DNA of 64,000 bases from Vulcanimicrobiota bacterium. Its GTDB lineage: Bacteria > Vulcanimicrobiota > Vulcanimicrobiia > Vulcanimicrobiales > Vulcanimicrobiaceae. The position numbers were made by a program, and so were the translations under genes. Location: the NCBI GenBank assembly GCA_963714015.1, contig OY970223.1, positions 1,376,001 to 1,440,000 on the forward strand, in the 5' to 3' direction. This document shows, in pieces, positions 30,064-40,654 of the stretch; the stretch's first letter is position 1; the number at the start of each line of letters is the position of its first letter. The notes under the pieces were generated by a model. The model was not told the DNA's origin. It did no database searches and saw nothing but the letters and a program-made list of their open reading frames with translations.

Positions 30064-30928
30064 ACGAAATACCCTGACGGTTCAGGAGCGGGCTTTGATG
30101 CGCACCAGACTGGGATGCGTGGATGTACCGGGCGATCTCTTCCCGAGCCAGGCCGTCGACGTTGAGAAGCTCGAGTTCGTAGGCGTCGCGGCGCTGAGAA
30201 TCCCGAACGGCGGTCACGACCCGCGCGCGAATCTTGAGCTCCTGGAACGGGCGGCGCAAATACTTGCGTGGAACGCGGCGATAGCCGAACGGACCGGGAA
30301 CCAATTCGTCGTCATTGCCTTTGTGAACGTCGAGCAACGCGTCGGAGAGCCGGAACGCGAGCTGAAGGACTGTATTGTTCTTCAGCGCCTCGTCGCAGCG
30401 AAGGCGCAGCGAATTCCCGGTCACGTCACAGCCGGTGCCCGAACGGAGCACCGCGCGCGGATCCTCGGCGCGATAGATGACCGGAAACTCCTCCGGAACG
30501 CGATATCCCGTGAATTGCGAGATGTCGACCAGCGAGGTGTCGTAGCTGCGAGCCGAGGAAGCCCGGCGTTGAAGCATCGCCGCTTCTTTCGCCAGCGCGT
30601 CGGCGTCGGCGCCGGGCAGCTCCTCCAAGGCTATGGCGTACTCGAATCCCACCCCGCCGTTACGCGGCGCATACTGGGCCGCAACGACGCCGGTCAAATT
30701 CAGCGCTCTTCCATCGCTCAAACGCCAATCGAACGATAGCGCCGTTCCGCGATCCATGCGCATCCACGAACGCATGCGGGCCCCGGCCACGGCGATGTGC
30801 AGGAGCGTACCTTGGATCGGCTCCGCGATGCCGCGCAGCCGAAACTTGATAGGTACGTCGAACGTCGCACGGGCAGGGTCCGTCTGCTTGACGTCGAGAG
30901 GCGGTTTGTTTTTGCCGAGCCAGGCCAT
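30050..30928 (-). CDS. Tandem PilZ-like domain protein
   Basis: Two repeats of the PilZ beta-barrel pattern (GTLLHIAVAGARMR; GCDVTGNSLRLR) ending in LAKEA/IARYI helices. Confidence 0.55.
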   Translation of the reverse strand: MAWLGKNKPPLDVKQTDPARATFDVPIKFRLRGIAEPIQGTLLHIAVAGARMRSWMRMDRGTALSFDWRLSDGRALNLTGVVAAQYAPRNGGVGFEYAIALEELPGADADALAKEAAMLQRRASSARSYDTSLVDISQFTGYRVPEEFPVIYRAEDPRAVLRSGTGCDVTGNSLRLRCDEALKNNTVLQLAFRLSDALLDVHKGNDDELVPGPFGYRRVPRKYLRRPFQELKIRARVVTAVRDSQRRDAYELELLNVDGLAREEIARYIHASQSGAHQSPLLNRQGISFRQQ

Positions 30929-31005
30929 TGGCTCTAGCGTACTATGGCCCGCTTGGTTTTACTACAGGTTGACGTAATCTTAATGCGGCCGAACGCCGAA
31001 CAGCC

Positions 31006-32082
31006 TTAGAGGGTGGACCACACGTCGAGCTTCCGCTTGACCCGATCAATGACTCCGTCGGTGAATTCAGTTGTGGCGGAGTGGCCGCCCAAATCGCTGG
31101 TCGCAAGGCCGCTGTGGACCGCCTCGAGTGTCGACTCGTAAATGGCGCGCGAGGCATTCTGCGCCCGTTTGTCTTCCATATAAGAGAGCAGGGCCGCCGA
31201 CGCAAGGATCATCGCCATCGGATTGGCCACGTTCTTGCCGAATAGCCGCGGCGCGGTGCCGTGCGGTGCTTCCGCCATCACTACGGCGGTGCGCAACTCG
31301 TCATCAAACGACAGAAGCACCGATTCTGCTCCGGCGATCGAACCGAAGAGCTGCATCACCAGATCCGAAAGGCAGTCGCCGTCGCGATTGAGCGAAGGAA
31401 TCACCATGGCGCTCTCCCCGTCGCTGCTTAGCAGCAGCGCGTACGTTGCGTCGATCAGCTGGGGTTCGTACGGAACTTGCGTATGGCGCTGCGCTGCGGC
31501 ATCCATCTCTTCTTTAAGCATGCCTTCGTAGATCGGGCTGACGGTGTACTTCGGGCCGCCGAACACTTTGGCGCGCATTTTTTCCGCATGCACGAATGCG
31601 TATTCTGCAACGAACCGGCACACGGCGCGTTCGATCGCCTCCGTGCGGTAAGCGATCTCGTGAGCTCCTTCGCCTTCGCGCCACTCTTTTGCACCGTACG
31701 CATCTCCGACTGCCATGCGCACGACGGAGATCGGCGCGTGAATGCCGGCCACCGGCCGAACGCCCGGCAGACGCCGGCCCGTACGCACGATGACTTTCCC
31801 CTCGATTTCCCGCCGTAGGATCGCATTAGGCGAACCAACGTCGCCTTTGGTTTCCGGTGTGATCGTCGCGGCTTTCAAACCGTACCGCGCGCGCTTCATC
31901 GCCGCAGCTGCTTCGTGTACGACGCCGTTCTGCGTCCGGCGGCGGTTCTGCAGCGACAGATCGTACCGCTCGAAATTCAGCTCGACGTCTATGACGGCTC
32001 GATCGAGTACGCGCAATGCTTCGAGCAGCAACTCCTGGCCGGTTTCGTCGCCTTCGAGCACGACGATCGTTGGGACTGGCAA
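31006..32082 (-). CDS. Isocitrate/isopropylmalate dehydrogenase family protein
   Basis: EGDETGQE, KAATITPE, SPNAILR, NRDGDCLSD, EAPHGTAP, ANPMAMIL. Confidence 0.9.
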   Translation of the reverse strand: MPVPTIVVLEGDETGQELLLEALRVLDRAVIDVELNFERYDLSLQNRRRTQNGVVHEAAAAMKRARYGLKAATITPETKGDVGSPNAILRREIEGKVIVRTGRRLPGVRPVAGIHAPISVVRMAVGDAYGAKEWREGEGAHEIAYRTEAIERAVCRFVAEYAFVHAEKMRAKVFGGPKYTVSPIYEGMLKEEMDAAAQRHTQVPYEPQLIDATYALLLSSDGESAMVIPSLNRDGDCLSDLVMQLFGSIAGAESVLLSFDDELRTAVVMAEAPHGTAPRLFGKNVANPMAMILASAALLSYMEDKRAQNASRAIYESTLEAVHSGLATSDLGGHSATTEFTDGVIDRVKRKLDVWSTL

Positions 32083-32118
32083 ATGAACTCCTGTACTGAT
32101 GACGAAAGAAACTCATCA

Positions 32119-34389
32119 ATGGCACGCGTACGCCGCAAGGCGACCGCGAAGACGCGACTGAACTTCGAGATCGCCGGCATCGCTGCGATCGGTCTCGCCG
32201 TCCTCCTCGGAATCGCGCTGGCTTTACCGAAGGGTGCGGGCTTCGCCGGCGCTTTTATAGCGCACGGCCTGCTGTGGCTCTTTGGAGGCGCCGCAGTGCT
32301 ATTCCCGGTCCTGATTGCGCTCTTCGGCGCCATTATCTTTCTCGAAATCAACGTCCCGCGCATGATGGCGACGCTCGGCAGCGCTTCGCTCGGGTACTTC
32401 CTGATTGCGGATGCCTCCTTCGGCCGCCGCGGCGGAGCGCTGGGGGCCGCGCTCTGGAACGGTTTGCAGGCGCTGATCGGCTTGGCCGGAGCCCGCATCG
32501 TCCTTATCACGGGCGCGCTTCTGCTCGCGGTGTGGATTACAAATGTCTCCGTCAAGAAAGTCATCGGCTGGCTGGTGCTCGGGCTCTCCAAAGTACGGCC
32601 GCCGAAACTGCGCGTCGCGCTTCCGCGCGGACATGAATCGCTGCGCGAAGCTTTTGCGCTTCCGCAAACGGCGAAAAAGAACTCTGCCGAAGCCCGAGCG
32701 ACCGGAGCAATCGTGCCGGTCGAGGCATTTGTGCCCGCTCCTTCGCAGTCAGTCGTAATCGAAACTCGCGAGGAAGCGGAATCGATCGACGATGAGGAGG
32801 ATGAAGACGAAGACGACTTCCGCGAAGACGAGGACGAGGCTGAGTTGGAAGAATCGTACGAGGAGTCGTACGAGGACGAAGACGACGAAGTGGAAGACGA
32901 AGAGGTCGACTACGAGACCGCGGACGCGGAGCCCGTGCAGGGCCGAATCCTTTATAAGCTCCCGGACCTCGCGCTCTTCGACCCGCCGCAGGCACAGGCC
33001 GTCGACGATGCGAGCCGGTCGCACGTGCTCGAAGACACGCTGGCTTCCTTCGGCGTCGGCGCGAAGGTGGTGCATATCGAGCGCGGCCCGTCGATCACGC
33101 GTTATGAGATGAAACCCGAACGTGGCGTAAAGATCTCCAAGATCGCATCGCTCGTCGACGATATTACGCTCGCGCTGTCGGCGACGAGCGTTCGAATAGA
33201 GGCCCCGATTCCCGGCAAAGGCACGGTAGGAATCGAGGTTCCGAATAAGACGGTTTCAATCGTTGCGGTACGCGAAATTTTGGAAGCGCTTCCCGGGCGC
33301 GGACAGATTCCGCCGCTCTGGATGGCGCTGGGCAAAGACATTACCGGTAGGCCGGTATTCGGCGATCTCGGGAAAATGCCGCACTTGCTGGTCGCCGGCG
33401 CGACCGGTGCGGGCAAGTCCGTTTGTCTGAACACGATCATCGCCTCTCTTCTGGTGAGCGCGACCCCGGATCAAGTGCAGTTTCTGATGATCGATCCCAA
33501 GCGCGTCGAACTGACGATGTACAACGGTATCCCGCACTTGATTAAGGAGGTGATCACCGACGCACGTATGGCGGCCGGCGCGCTCTTTGAGATGACCAAG
33601 GAAATGGACTCGCGCTACGAGCGCTTCGCCAAGGCCGGCGTGCGCAAGATCGAGGAATACAATTCGAAGTTCCCCGAAGAAAAGCTTCCGTACGTGCTTA
33701 TCGTCATCGACGAGCTCGCAGATCTCATGCTGGTGGCGCCGGCTAAGGTCGAAACGACGATCATGCGGCTCGCGCAGCTCGCACGAGCGACCGGAATTCA
33801 TCTGGTCGTGGCGACGCAGCGGCCTTCCGTGGACGTCATCACCGGTTTGATCAAGGCCAACATTCCGTCCCGCATCGCGTTCGCGGTGAGCTCCCAAGTC
33901 GATTCCCGAACGATTTTGGACATGGCCGGCGCAGAGCGGCTGCTCGGGCGCGGCGACATGCTGTATCTACCGATAGACGCTCCCAAGCCGATTCGCGCTC
34001 AGGGCGCACTCATCACGGGCAGTGAAGTTCACCGTCTCGTCGACTTTTGGGCGAAACAAGGGCGCCCGCAGAATCTGCTCGACGTCGACGTCGTGCCGCT
34101 CAGCGACGACGACGGCGTGCGCAAAGACGTCGATCCGCTCTGCTACGACGCGGCAAAGTTCATCATCGAGAGCAACTATGCTTCCACTGCCGCACTGCAG
34201 TCGCAGTTCTCCGTCGGACACCCGCGTGCCGTGCGCGTGATGAAGCAGCTCGAAGAATTCAAAATCGTCGGTCCCCATGAAGGCACCAAGCCGCGCCGCA
34301 TTCTGATCGGTCTATCGGAACTCGAAACCATCGCCCCGCGCTTGGGCCGCGACGGCGATCAACCAGATCTTTTTGCAACGGGAAGTTGA
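32119..34389 (+). CDS. ftsK: DNA translocase FtsK/SpoIIIE
   Basis: N-terminal TMs, acidic linker, PHLLVAGATGAGKS, IDELADLM, ATQRPSVDV, gamma domain. Confidence 0.96.
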   Translation: MARVRRKATAKTRLNFEIAGIAAIGLAVLLGIALALPKGAGFAGAFIAHGLLWLFGGAAVLFPVLIALFGAIIFLEINVPRMMATLGSASLGYFLIADASFGRRGGALGAALWNGLQALIGLAGARIVLITGALLLAVWITNVSVKKVIGWLVLGLSKVRPPKLRVALPRGHESLREAFALPQTAKKNSAEARATGAIVPVEAFVPAPSQSVVIETREEAESIDDEEDEDEDDFREDEDEAELEESYEESYEDEDDEVEDEEVDYETADAEPVQGRILYKLPDLALFDPPQAQAVDDASRSHVLEDTLASFGVGAKVVHIERGPSITRYEMKPERGVKISKIASLVDDITLALSATSVRIEAPIPGKGTVGIEVPNKTVSIVAVREILEALPGRGQIPPLWMALGKDITGRPVFGDLGKMPHLLVAGATGAGKSVCLNTIIASLLVSATPDQVQFLMIDPKRVELTMYNGIPHLIKEVITDARMAAGALFEMTKEMDSRYERFAKAGVRKIEEYNSKFPEEKLPYVLIVIDELADLMLVAPAKVETTIMRLAQLARATGIHLVVATQRPSVDVITGLIKANIPSRIAFAVSSQVDSRTILDMAGAERLLGRGDMLYLPIDAPKPIRAQGALITGSEVHRLVDFWAKQGRPQNLLDVDVVPLSDDDGVRKDVDPLCYDAAKFIIESNYASTAALQSQFSVGHPRAVRVMKQLEEFKIVGPHEGTKPRRILIGLSELETIAPRLGRDGDQPDLFATGS

Positions 34390-35018
34390 TGCGGACTAGA
34401 ACGTTCTCGTGGCCGGTCATTGCCGGCCTAATTCTTTTTGCGGCGTTTTGGTGGCTGGGCACGTATGTGAGCACGCATCCGGAACCGCCGGCTCTGTGGG
34501 CATTCGCGCAGAGCGTCCACGGTAAGGCGATCGGCCTTGCATGGGTACTCACCACTTGCGGGTTCGCGAAAGTGCTGGCGCCGCTTTACGTGCTGTGCTT
34601 GATTGTCGCGTTCGTCCGCCGCGATTGGAGAGTCCGTTCCATTTATACAGTCGTCTGCGCGCTAATCTCATGGATCGTGGGCGATCGCTGCCAGCATTTC
34701 TTTCACCGCCCACGACGCGAGGACTGGATCATCCAGCACGTGCACGCCTTCTCGTATCCGAGCACTCACGCATCGATCTCGACCTCATTTTACTTTCTTT
34801 GGGGCGTCCTTTTGCTGCGCTCGAGCCTGCCGGACGGCGTACGGTACGCTGCGTTCGCGTTGCTCACCGCATTTACGCTGGCAATCATCTGGTCACGGCT
34901 TTCGCTTGGTGCGCATTACCCCACGGACGTTATCGGCGGGGCTTGCTTGGGTTTGGCGGTGGACCTCTTAGCCGCTCGAGTCCTGACGGCAGCCGGGGGG
35001 CGGCTCTCGGAACGCTGA
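34389..35018 (+). CDS. PAP2 family phosphatase
   Basis: RPR, SYPSTHA and SRLSLGAHYPTDV motifs. Confidence 0.88.
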   Translation: MRTRTFSWPVIAGLILFAAFWWLGTYVSTHPEPPALWAFAQSVHGKAIGLAWVLTTCGFAKVLAPLYVLCLIVAFVRRDWRVRSIYTVVCALISWIVGDRCQHFFHRPRREDWIIQHVHAFSYPSTHASISTSFYFLWGVLLLRSSLPDGVRYAAFALLTAFTLAIIWSRLSLGAHYPTDVIGGACLGLAVDLLAARVLTAAGGRLSER

Positions 35019-35103
35019 GCCCTTAAAAGTCGTTGGCGGCCAAGGGCCGCGCGAATACAGTACGAAGCAGAACGCCCAGCGCTCTCATTCAAGGAACAGC
35101 AAA

Positions 35104-36237
35104 GTGGCATTTGCAATGGATCTCGACCTAGGACCAATCGAGCGAAAGATCGACCAAGGAATTCCGCTTTCGGAGCAAGACGGTCTGACGCTGTTTCGGA
35201 CGGCCGATATTCACGGTCTGGGGCGCATGGCCCGCACGGTCAAAGAGCGCAAGAGCGGCAAGAAAGTCTTCTACGTTCTCAACCGCTATATCAATTCTAC
35301 GAACGTCTGTTATGCGGGCTGCAAGTTCTGCTCGTTCGCAGTCGACGAATTCAAGGAACGAGATCGGGTCGTGCGCATGCCGGCCGATCGAGTCATGGCC
35401 AAGGCGCTCGAAACCGGTGAGAACTTTAACCAGATCCACATCGTCGGGGGTCACGATCCGCGTCAACTCTCCCTGGACTATTGGCTCCCGTTGATGCGCC
35501 GCTTCAAGGAACGTCTGCCGCACGTGCAGCTGTCCCTCTTTACGGCGGCTGAGCTGGAGTACATGTGTAAGCGCCATCGCATGAGCTTCCCCGAGATGGT
35601 CTCGATATTAAAGGAAGCGGGTCTGGACAACGTCAACGGCGGCGGCGCGGAGATCTTTGCCGAGGAGACGCGCAAGAAGATTTGCCCGGGCAAAGTGAAC
35701 TCCGAGAACTGGCTGGCGATTCACGAAGAACTTCACCGTCAGGGCGTTGCGTCGAACGCGACGATGCTCTACGGGCACGTCGAGTCGCTTGAAGATCGCA
35801 TCGATCATTTGATTCGCCTGCGTGAATCGCAGGAGCGCTCCCCCGGCTATAACGCGTTCATTCCGCTAGCGTTCCATCCGGACGGAAACGAGTTGAACGA
35901 TTGCGGCTGGACGACCGGTTTGGACGACGTCCGCATGTTCGCAGTGGCCCGCTTGATGCTGAATAACTTCGACCATATCAAGGCCTATTGGATGATCCAA
36001 GGCTTGAAGGTTTGCCAGGTCGCGCTTCAGTTTGGAGCGGACGACATGGACGGCACGCACGGAAGCACCGACGAGGAGCTGATCTATCACAGCGCCGGAA
36101 CGCGATCGGGACAATACGTGGATGACCGCGAGTTCCGCCGTCTCATCGAAGAAGCGGGCTACGTGCCGGTTCGCCGCAACTCGACGTACGATGAGTTCGA
36201 CGTTGACTGGGCACCGCGCGAGATGGTGACCTCGTAA
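35104..36237 (+). CDS. mqnE: Aminofutalosine synthase MqnE (radical SAM)
   Basis: TNVCYAGCKFC, GGGAEIF, NATMLYGHVE, FIPLAFHP, HIKAYW. Confidence 0.88.
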   Translation: MAFAMDLDLGPIERKIDQGIPLSEQDGLTLFRTADIHGLGRMARTVKERKSGKKVFYVLNRYINSTNVCYAGCKFCSFAVDEFKERDRVVRMPADRVMAKALETGENFNQIHIVGGHDPRQLSLDYWLPLMRRFKERLPHVQLSLFTAAELEYMCKRHRMSFPEMVSILKEAGLDNVNGGGAEIFAEETRKKICPGKVNSENWLAIHEELHRQGVASNATMLYGHVESLEDRIDHLIRLRESQERSPGYNAFIPLAFHPDGNELNDCGWTTGLDDVRMFAVARLMLNNFDHIKAYWMIQGLKVCQVALQFGADDMDGTHGSTDEELIYHSAGTRSGQYVDDREFRRLIEEAGYVPVRRNSTYDEFDVDWAPREMVTS

Positions 36238-37067
36238 TGCTCAGGTGCAGCAGGATGCGGTACGTGAACGATCTGCCGATCTACTCGGCGGTCGACGCGG
36301 GAGCCGTGCACTATCCCGGCGCGCTCGTTGCCGACGTTCCTTCGCGGCTGAACGCGATGATGCGCGAAGGCGAGCTGGACATGGGTCCGGTCAGCGCATT
36401 CGAGTACGCATTGGACGCCGAGCGTTACGTCCTGCTTCCCGATTTATGCATCGGTGCGCGCGAAGAGATCGTCTCCGTGCTGCTGATTTCGAAGACCCCG
36501 CCCGCGCTGCTCGCCGGCGCGAAGATCGCGACCACTCGAGAGTCCGCCAGCGGCCGAAACCTGCTGCGCATTCTGCTCGAACGGCGTTACGGGATAACCG
36601 CGCAGTTCGTCGGCGCGGACGATCCGCTGGACCGCGCGCGCAGGGGCGAGCCGGCCATGGTGATCGGCGACGCAGCGATCGATGCGACGTTCGAATTTCC
36701 TACCGAGCAGGTCTACGATTTGGGAGCGCTTTGGCGTGATTGGACGGGCGAACAATCCGTTACCGCGGTTTGGGTAGCGCGCCGCGAAATTTACGAACGC
36801 CGGCTGGACGATGTGCGCGCGTGCATGCACGCACTCACCGATGCGTATTCGTGGGGGCGGGCAAATCCGGATCGCGTCATTTCTCAAGCGCAGAACCAGC
36901 GGCCGCGGCCAGCGGGCTTTTACGAGATTTACTTCGGCAAGCTGAACTTCGTCTTTCATTCTGCCGCACAGCGCGGATTCGCGGCGTACTGTCGAGAGTT
37001 GCTGGCGATCGGCGCAATAGATCGCATACCGCCTTTCGTTCCGGAGGTCATCGGTGTCGCTCGTTAG
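36237..37067 (+). CDS. mqnA: Chorismate dehydratase MqnA
   Basis: YVNDLP, VPSRLN, SVLLIS, IGDAA, DLGALWRDWTG; lies between mqnE and mqnC. Confidence 0.88.
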   Translation: MLRCSRMRYVNDLPIYSAVDAGAVHYPGALVADVPSRLNAMMREGELDMGPVSAFEYALDAERYVLLPDLCIGAREEIVSVLLISKTPPALLAGAKIATTRESASGRNLLRILLERRYGITAQFVGADDPLDRARRGEPAMVIGDAAIDATFEFPTEQVYDLGALWRDWTGEQSVTAVWVARREIYERRLDDVRACMHALTDAYSWGRANPDRVISQAQNQRPRPAGFYEIYFGKLNFVFHSAAQRGFAAYCRELLAIGAIDRIPPFVPEVIGVAR

Positions 37068-38130
37068 TCTCCTGCAAAAATCCGCGTCGGGCGGACGCCT
37101 CTCGTTCGACGAGGGCGTGCGTCTCTACAAAGAGGCCGACATTCACGATTTGGGCGCGGCCGCTCACGCCCGGCGCATGCAGCTGTACCCCGGCAACACC
37201 GTTACGTACGTTATCGACACGACGATCAACTACACGAACGTCTGCAACGTTCACTGCACGTTCTGCGCCTTTTTCCGGCCCGAAAAACACAAAGAAGGGT
37301 ACACCATGTCGCACGATCGCGTGCTCGAGCGCGTTGGATTTGCGGCGGCGCAAGGCGCTACCCAGATCATGATTCAGGGCGGCGTCAATCCCGAACTTGG
37401 AATAACGTGGTTCGAAGATCTTTTTCGGCGAGTTGCAGCGGAGTATCCCCGAGTCGACATTCACTCGCTCTCTGTATCGGAGATCGTCGGGTTGGCGAAG
37501 GTGGAGAACCTCCCGGTGCGCGAGGTGCTCGCGCGCCTCCGGGCGGCCGGAATGAAATCGTTGCCCGGTGCCGGCGCTGAGATACTGGTCGAGCGCGTCC
37601 GCAAACGCATCAGCGCGCGAAAAGTCAAGCCGGAGGAGTGGATCGGCGTGATGCGCGAGGCGCAGCTGCTCGGCATGCCGACGACTGCCACGATGATGTT
37701 CGGCTCGATCGAAACGGACGAAGAACGAGTCGAGCATTTGGACGTTATCCGTTCGCTCCAAGACGAAACGGGCGGATTCACCGCCTTCATCCCATGGTAC
37801 TACGTTCCGTGGAAGACGCCGCTGCGAGGTAAGGAGGCGACGGGGCTTCAGTACTTGCGAGTGCTGGCGATTTCGCGGTTGTATTTGGACAACGTGCCGC
37901 ATTTGCAGGCCTCGTGGCTCACCCCGGGCCTAAAGATGGGACAGCTGGCGCTGTTCTATGGGTGCGACGACATGGGCGGCACGATCATCGAGGAGCAGGT
38001 CGTACACGACGCCGGCTCGACTAACGAGGCGACTAGGCGAGATTTGGAGCAAATCATCCGCAGGGCCGGGTTCGAACCGGCCGTTCGAGACACGTACTGG
38101 AACATGCGTCCGGACATGGCCATGGCCTGA
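37054..38130 (+). CDS. mqnC: Cyclic dehypoxanthine futalosine synthase MqnC (radical SAM)
   Basis: INYTNVCNVHCTFCAF, PGAGAEIL, TATMMFG, FTAFIPW, QASW. Confidence 0.9.
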   Translation: MSLVSLLQKSASGGRLSFDEGVRLYKEADIHDLGAAAHARRMQLYPGNTVTYVIDTTINYTNVCNVHCTFCAFFRPEKHKEGYTMSHDRVLERVGFAAAQGATQIMIQGGVNPELGITWFEDLFRRVAAEYPRVDIHSLSVSEIVGLAKVENLPVREVLARLRAAGMKSLPGAGAEILVERVRKRISARKVKPEEWIGVMREAQLLGMPTTATMMFGSIETDEERVEHLDVIRSLQDETGGFTAFIPWYYVPWKTPLRGKEATGLQYLRVLAISRLYLDNVPHLQASWLTPGLKMGQLALFYGCDDMGGTIIEEQVVHDAGSTNEATRRDLEQIIRRAGFEPAVRDTYWNMRPDMAMA

Positions 38131-38239
38131 CAGCGTCGCCAGCGTCCAATTAATTGTACGCTTTGTCTGAAAGGCTACAGTTGTCTCGTTTTTGAACTCG
38201 CACGCAAACTGCGCTATTCTTATCGCGAGGCTTTCTTAT

Positions 38240-38818
38240 TTGGATGATCTGAACGTCGTCCAGAACACCACATCACGCGAAGTGAGCGAGTGCGAACCGC
38301 TCGTTGAAGTTCCCGCCTGGTGGAGCGGTTTTCTGTTTCACGTCTTGAATCCGCGCCAAGTCAGCATGTATCTGTATTTGATCATGCTGTGCGACGATCG
38401 CGGTGTGTGTCACCCAACGATCGAACAGATCCGTAAAGACCTTGGTTTGCTCAGCACGACGATGGTCTTCGAGTCGATCGCAGTGCTCGAGGAGTACGGG
38501 TTTTTCATGCGGTCGCGCCAGGCGCTGCCCGAATCGCGTTCCCGCCGCAACGTTTACCGCCGGGGAGCGTGCGAGTACACCGTTCTTCGGTTGCTGGAGA
38601 CGAACAAGATCGACGGCGATCTGCACCCGGCCGGCTCCGGAGATCCGGCGTCCGACGAAGCGCGACAACTGATCCATGCCGGCCTGAAGACGATCCTCGC
38701 CGCAAAGGAATTCGAAGCGTACGGCGCGGCCACGACGGACTCCAAACGAGACTTGCTGATGGAGTCACTCAACGCAAAGTTGCGCGATCGAGCCGCGGGG
38801 ATTTACGCTTACGAATAG
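38240..38818 (+). CDS. Winged HTH (HTH_36-like) domain protein
   Basis: MYLYL-CHPTIEQIRKDLG-LEEYGF-RNVY pattern; GAGG upstream of TTG. Confidence 0.6.
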   Translation: MDDLNVVQNTTSREVSECEPLVEVPAWWSGFLFHVLNPRQVSMYLYLIMLCDDRGVCHPTIEQIRKDLGLLSTTMVFESIAVLEEYGFFMRSRQALPESRSRRNVYRRGACEYTVLRLLETNKIDGDLHPAGSGDPASDEARQLIHAGLKTILAAKEFEAYGAATTDSKRDLLMESLNAKLRDRAAGIYAYE

Positions 38819-38819
38819 C

Positions 38820-39890
38820 CTATCGCGCTTCGAGAATCGTTGCCGCGCCCAGAACTTCTTCGCCGTCGAATAGTGCGACGAGCTGGCCCGGCGAGATCGC
38901 GCGTTGCGGCTTTTCGAAGGTGAGCGTCAAGGTTGAGTCCCTTACCGTAACGCGCGCAGGTGCGGCAGTCGCACGGTAGCGGACCATCGCCTGCACGTGC
39001 GCGTCTGGTTCCGCGAAACGTTCCGGGCGAATAAGATTCACTTCGCCGGCTTCCAAACCATATGCGTCCAGCTCGTCGTCGCGGCCGATGACGATCGTAT
39101 TGGTCTCGGCGTCGATGCGGGTCACGTAGCGCGCACCGCCGTTCGCAGCCGGCAAACCGTGCCGCTGACCCACGGTGAAGTTCGCAACGCCGGAGTGCGT
39201 TCCGACGACGTCCCCGGCAAGGGTCCGCATGATGCCCTCGCGCTGTAGGTCCGGACGCACTCGCGCCAGCACGTCGCGGTAGTCACCGCCTTCGACGAAA
39301 CAGATGTCTTGGGATTCGATTTTGTCGTGCACCGGTAGCCCCAGCCGCCGGGCATGTGCACGTGTGGTACTCTTGTCGAATTCGCCCAGCGGCAAGAGGA
39401 GGTGCGAGAGCTGTTCGGGCGTCAGTTGGGCGAGGGCGTACGCCTGATCTTTCGCATGCGTTCCGCGAAAGAGGCGGGGGCCGCCGGCGCCGTGTTCGAC
39501 GCGCGCGTAGTGTCCGGTCGCAATGTATTGCGCTCCGAGCGAGTCCGCATATTTGCGCAACGTGCCCAGTTTGACGAAGTTGTTGCACGAAACGCACGGA
39601 TTGGGTGTGCGGCCGCGCGCGTAGTCGTCGACGAAGCGTTCGATGACGCTGCGGCGGAACGTCTCCTCGAAATTCAACACGTAATGCGGAATGCCGAGAG
39701 CTGCGGCGCTGCGGCGCGCATCGTCGAAATCATCGACGCCGCAGCAGCTTTTTGCATGCGGAGCTTTCGTCGGCGAATACATCTTCATCGTGACGCCGAT
39801 GACGTCGTATCCCGCTTCGACGAGCAGTCCGGCGGCTGCAGCGGAGTCTACTCCGCCGCTCATTGCCGCGATAACGCGAGGCTTTGCCAT
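38820..39890 (-). CDS. mnmA: tRNA 2-thiouridylase MnmA
   Basis: [46 protein letters not shown]. Confidence 0.95.
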   Translation of the reverse strand: MAKPRVIAAMSGGVDSAAAAGLLVEAGYDVIGVTMKMYSPTKAPHAKSCCGVDDFDDARRSAAALGIPHYVLNFEETFRRSVIERFVDDYARGRTPNPCVSCNNFVKLGTLRKYADSLGAQYIATGHYARVEHGAGGPRLFRGTHAKDQAYALAQLTPEQLSHLLLPLGEFDKSTTRAHARRLGLPVHDKIESQDICFVEGGDYRDVLARVRPDLQREGIMRTLAGDVVGTHSGVANFTVGQRHGLPAANGGARYVTRIDAETNTIVIGRDDELDAYGLEAGEVNLIRPERFAEPDAHVQAMVRYRATAAPARVTVRDSTLTLTFEKPQRAISPGQLVALFDGEEVLGAATILEAR

Positions 39891-39940
39891 GGCTTTCGAG
39901 GGACAGGATAACAGGAGAGCGGCGCAAACTCCAAGCTCCA

Positions 39941-40645
39941 ATGTCGCTTGGAGAACGCTTCCGCGCCGCTCGGGAACAGCGCGGCCTCTCGCTTTCCGAA
40001 GTGGCCGAGCACTTGCGGATACGCTCGGTCTACTTGGCGGCAATCGAAGAAGAGAACTGGAGCGCCATCGGCGCTCCCGTCTATACTAGGGGTTTCCTGC
40101 GCACGTATGCCCGCTATCTCGGGTTGGATCCCGAAGAGGCGGTCGGCGCCTTCAACTCGGCATCCGGTCAACCGCCGCCTGCGGCGATTCCATCGCGCCA
40201 AATCGACTCGAGCCCTTATCGCGAGCCGCGAAGTCTGCGCCCCGTGCTTTGGATTGCCGGGATAGTCGCCGTCGGTCTCATCGCCTTCGTCATCTACCTT
40301 TATTTGGCTCCGCCCCGCACGGCCGGCCTGACCGCGATGTCGACTGCTGCGACGGCCTCCCCCCAGTCAGCCGGCACGGCTACGCCGGTGTCGACTCCGA
40401 CCTTTCTCCCGCAGGTGAAGACCCTGGCGATCCTCCTCACCGCCCCCTGTTGGCTTAGAGTCGTCGTTGACGGCAGTGTTAGTATTGAGGGTACGTTTCC
40501 GGCGGGGACCCGCAAAACGTTCCACGGCAAAACTGCTCTGGTGCGGGTCGGTAACGCCGGCGGCGTCCAAATCACGGTTGACGGCAGGCCCGTCGGGCGG
40601 CTGGGATCATCCGGGGACGTCGTTGAGCGCAGCTTCACGTTGTAG
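39941..40645 (+). CDS. rodZ: RodZ-like protein (HTH, TM, DUF4115)
   Basis: [32 protein letters not shown] helix, VGNAGGV. Confidence 0.85.
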   Translation: MSLGERFRAAREQRGLSLSEVAEHLRIRSVYLAAIEEENWSAIGAPVYTRGFLRTYARYLGLDPEEAVGAFNSASGQPPPAAIPSRQIDSSPYREPRSLRPVLWIAGIVAVGLIAFVIYLYLAPPRTAGLTAMSTAATASPQSAGTATPVSTPTFLPQVKTLAILLTAPCWLRVVVDGSVSIEGTFPAGTRKTFHGKTALVRVGNAGGVQITVDGRPVGRLGSSGDVVERSFTL

Positions 40646-40654
40646 AGCAAAGTT

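Noticed and set aside
35104..38130. Two radical SAM genes as a novel RiPP or cofactor cluster
   Set aside because: Motifs and the intervening mqnA identify the known futalosine menaquinone pathway; no precursor peptide seen.
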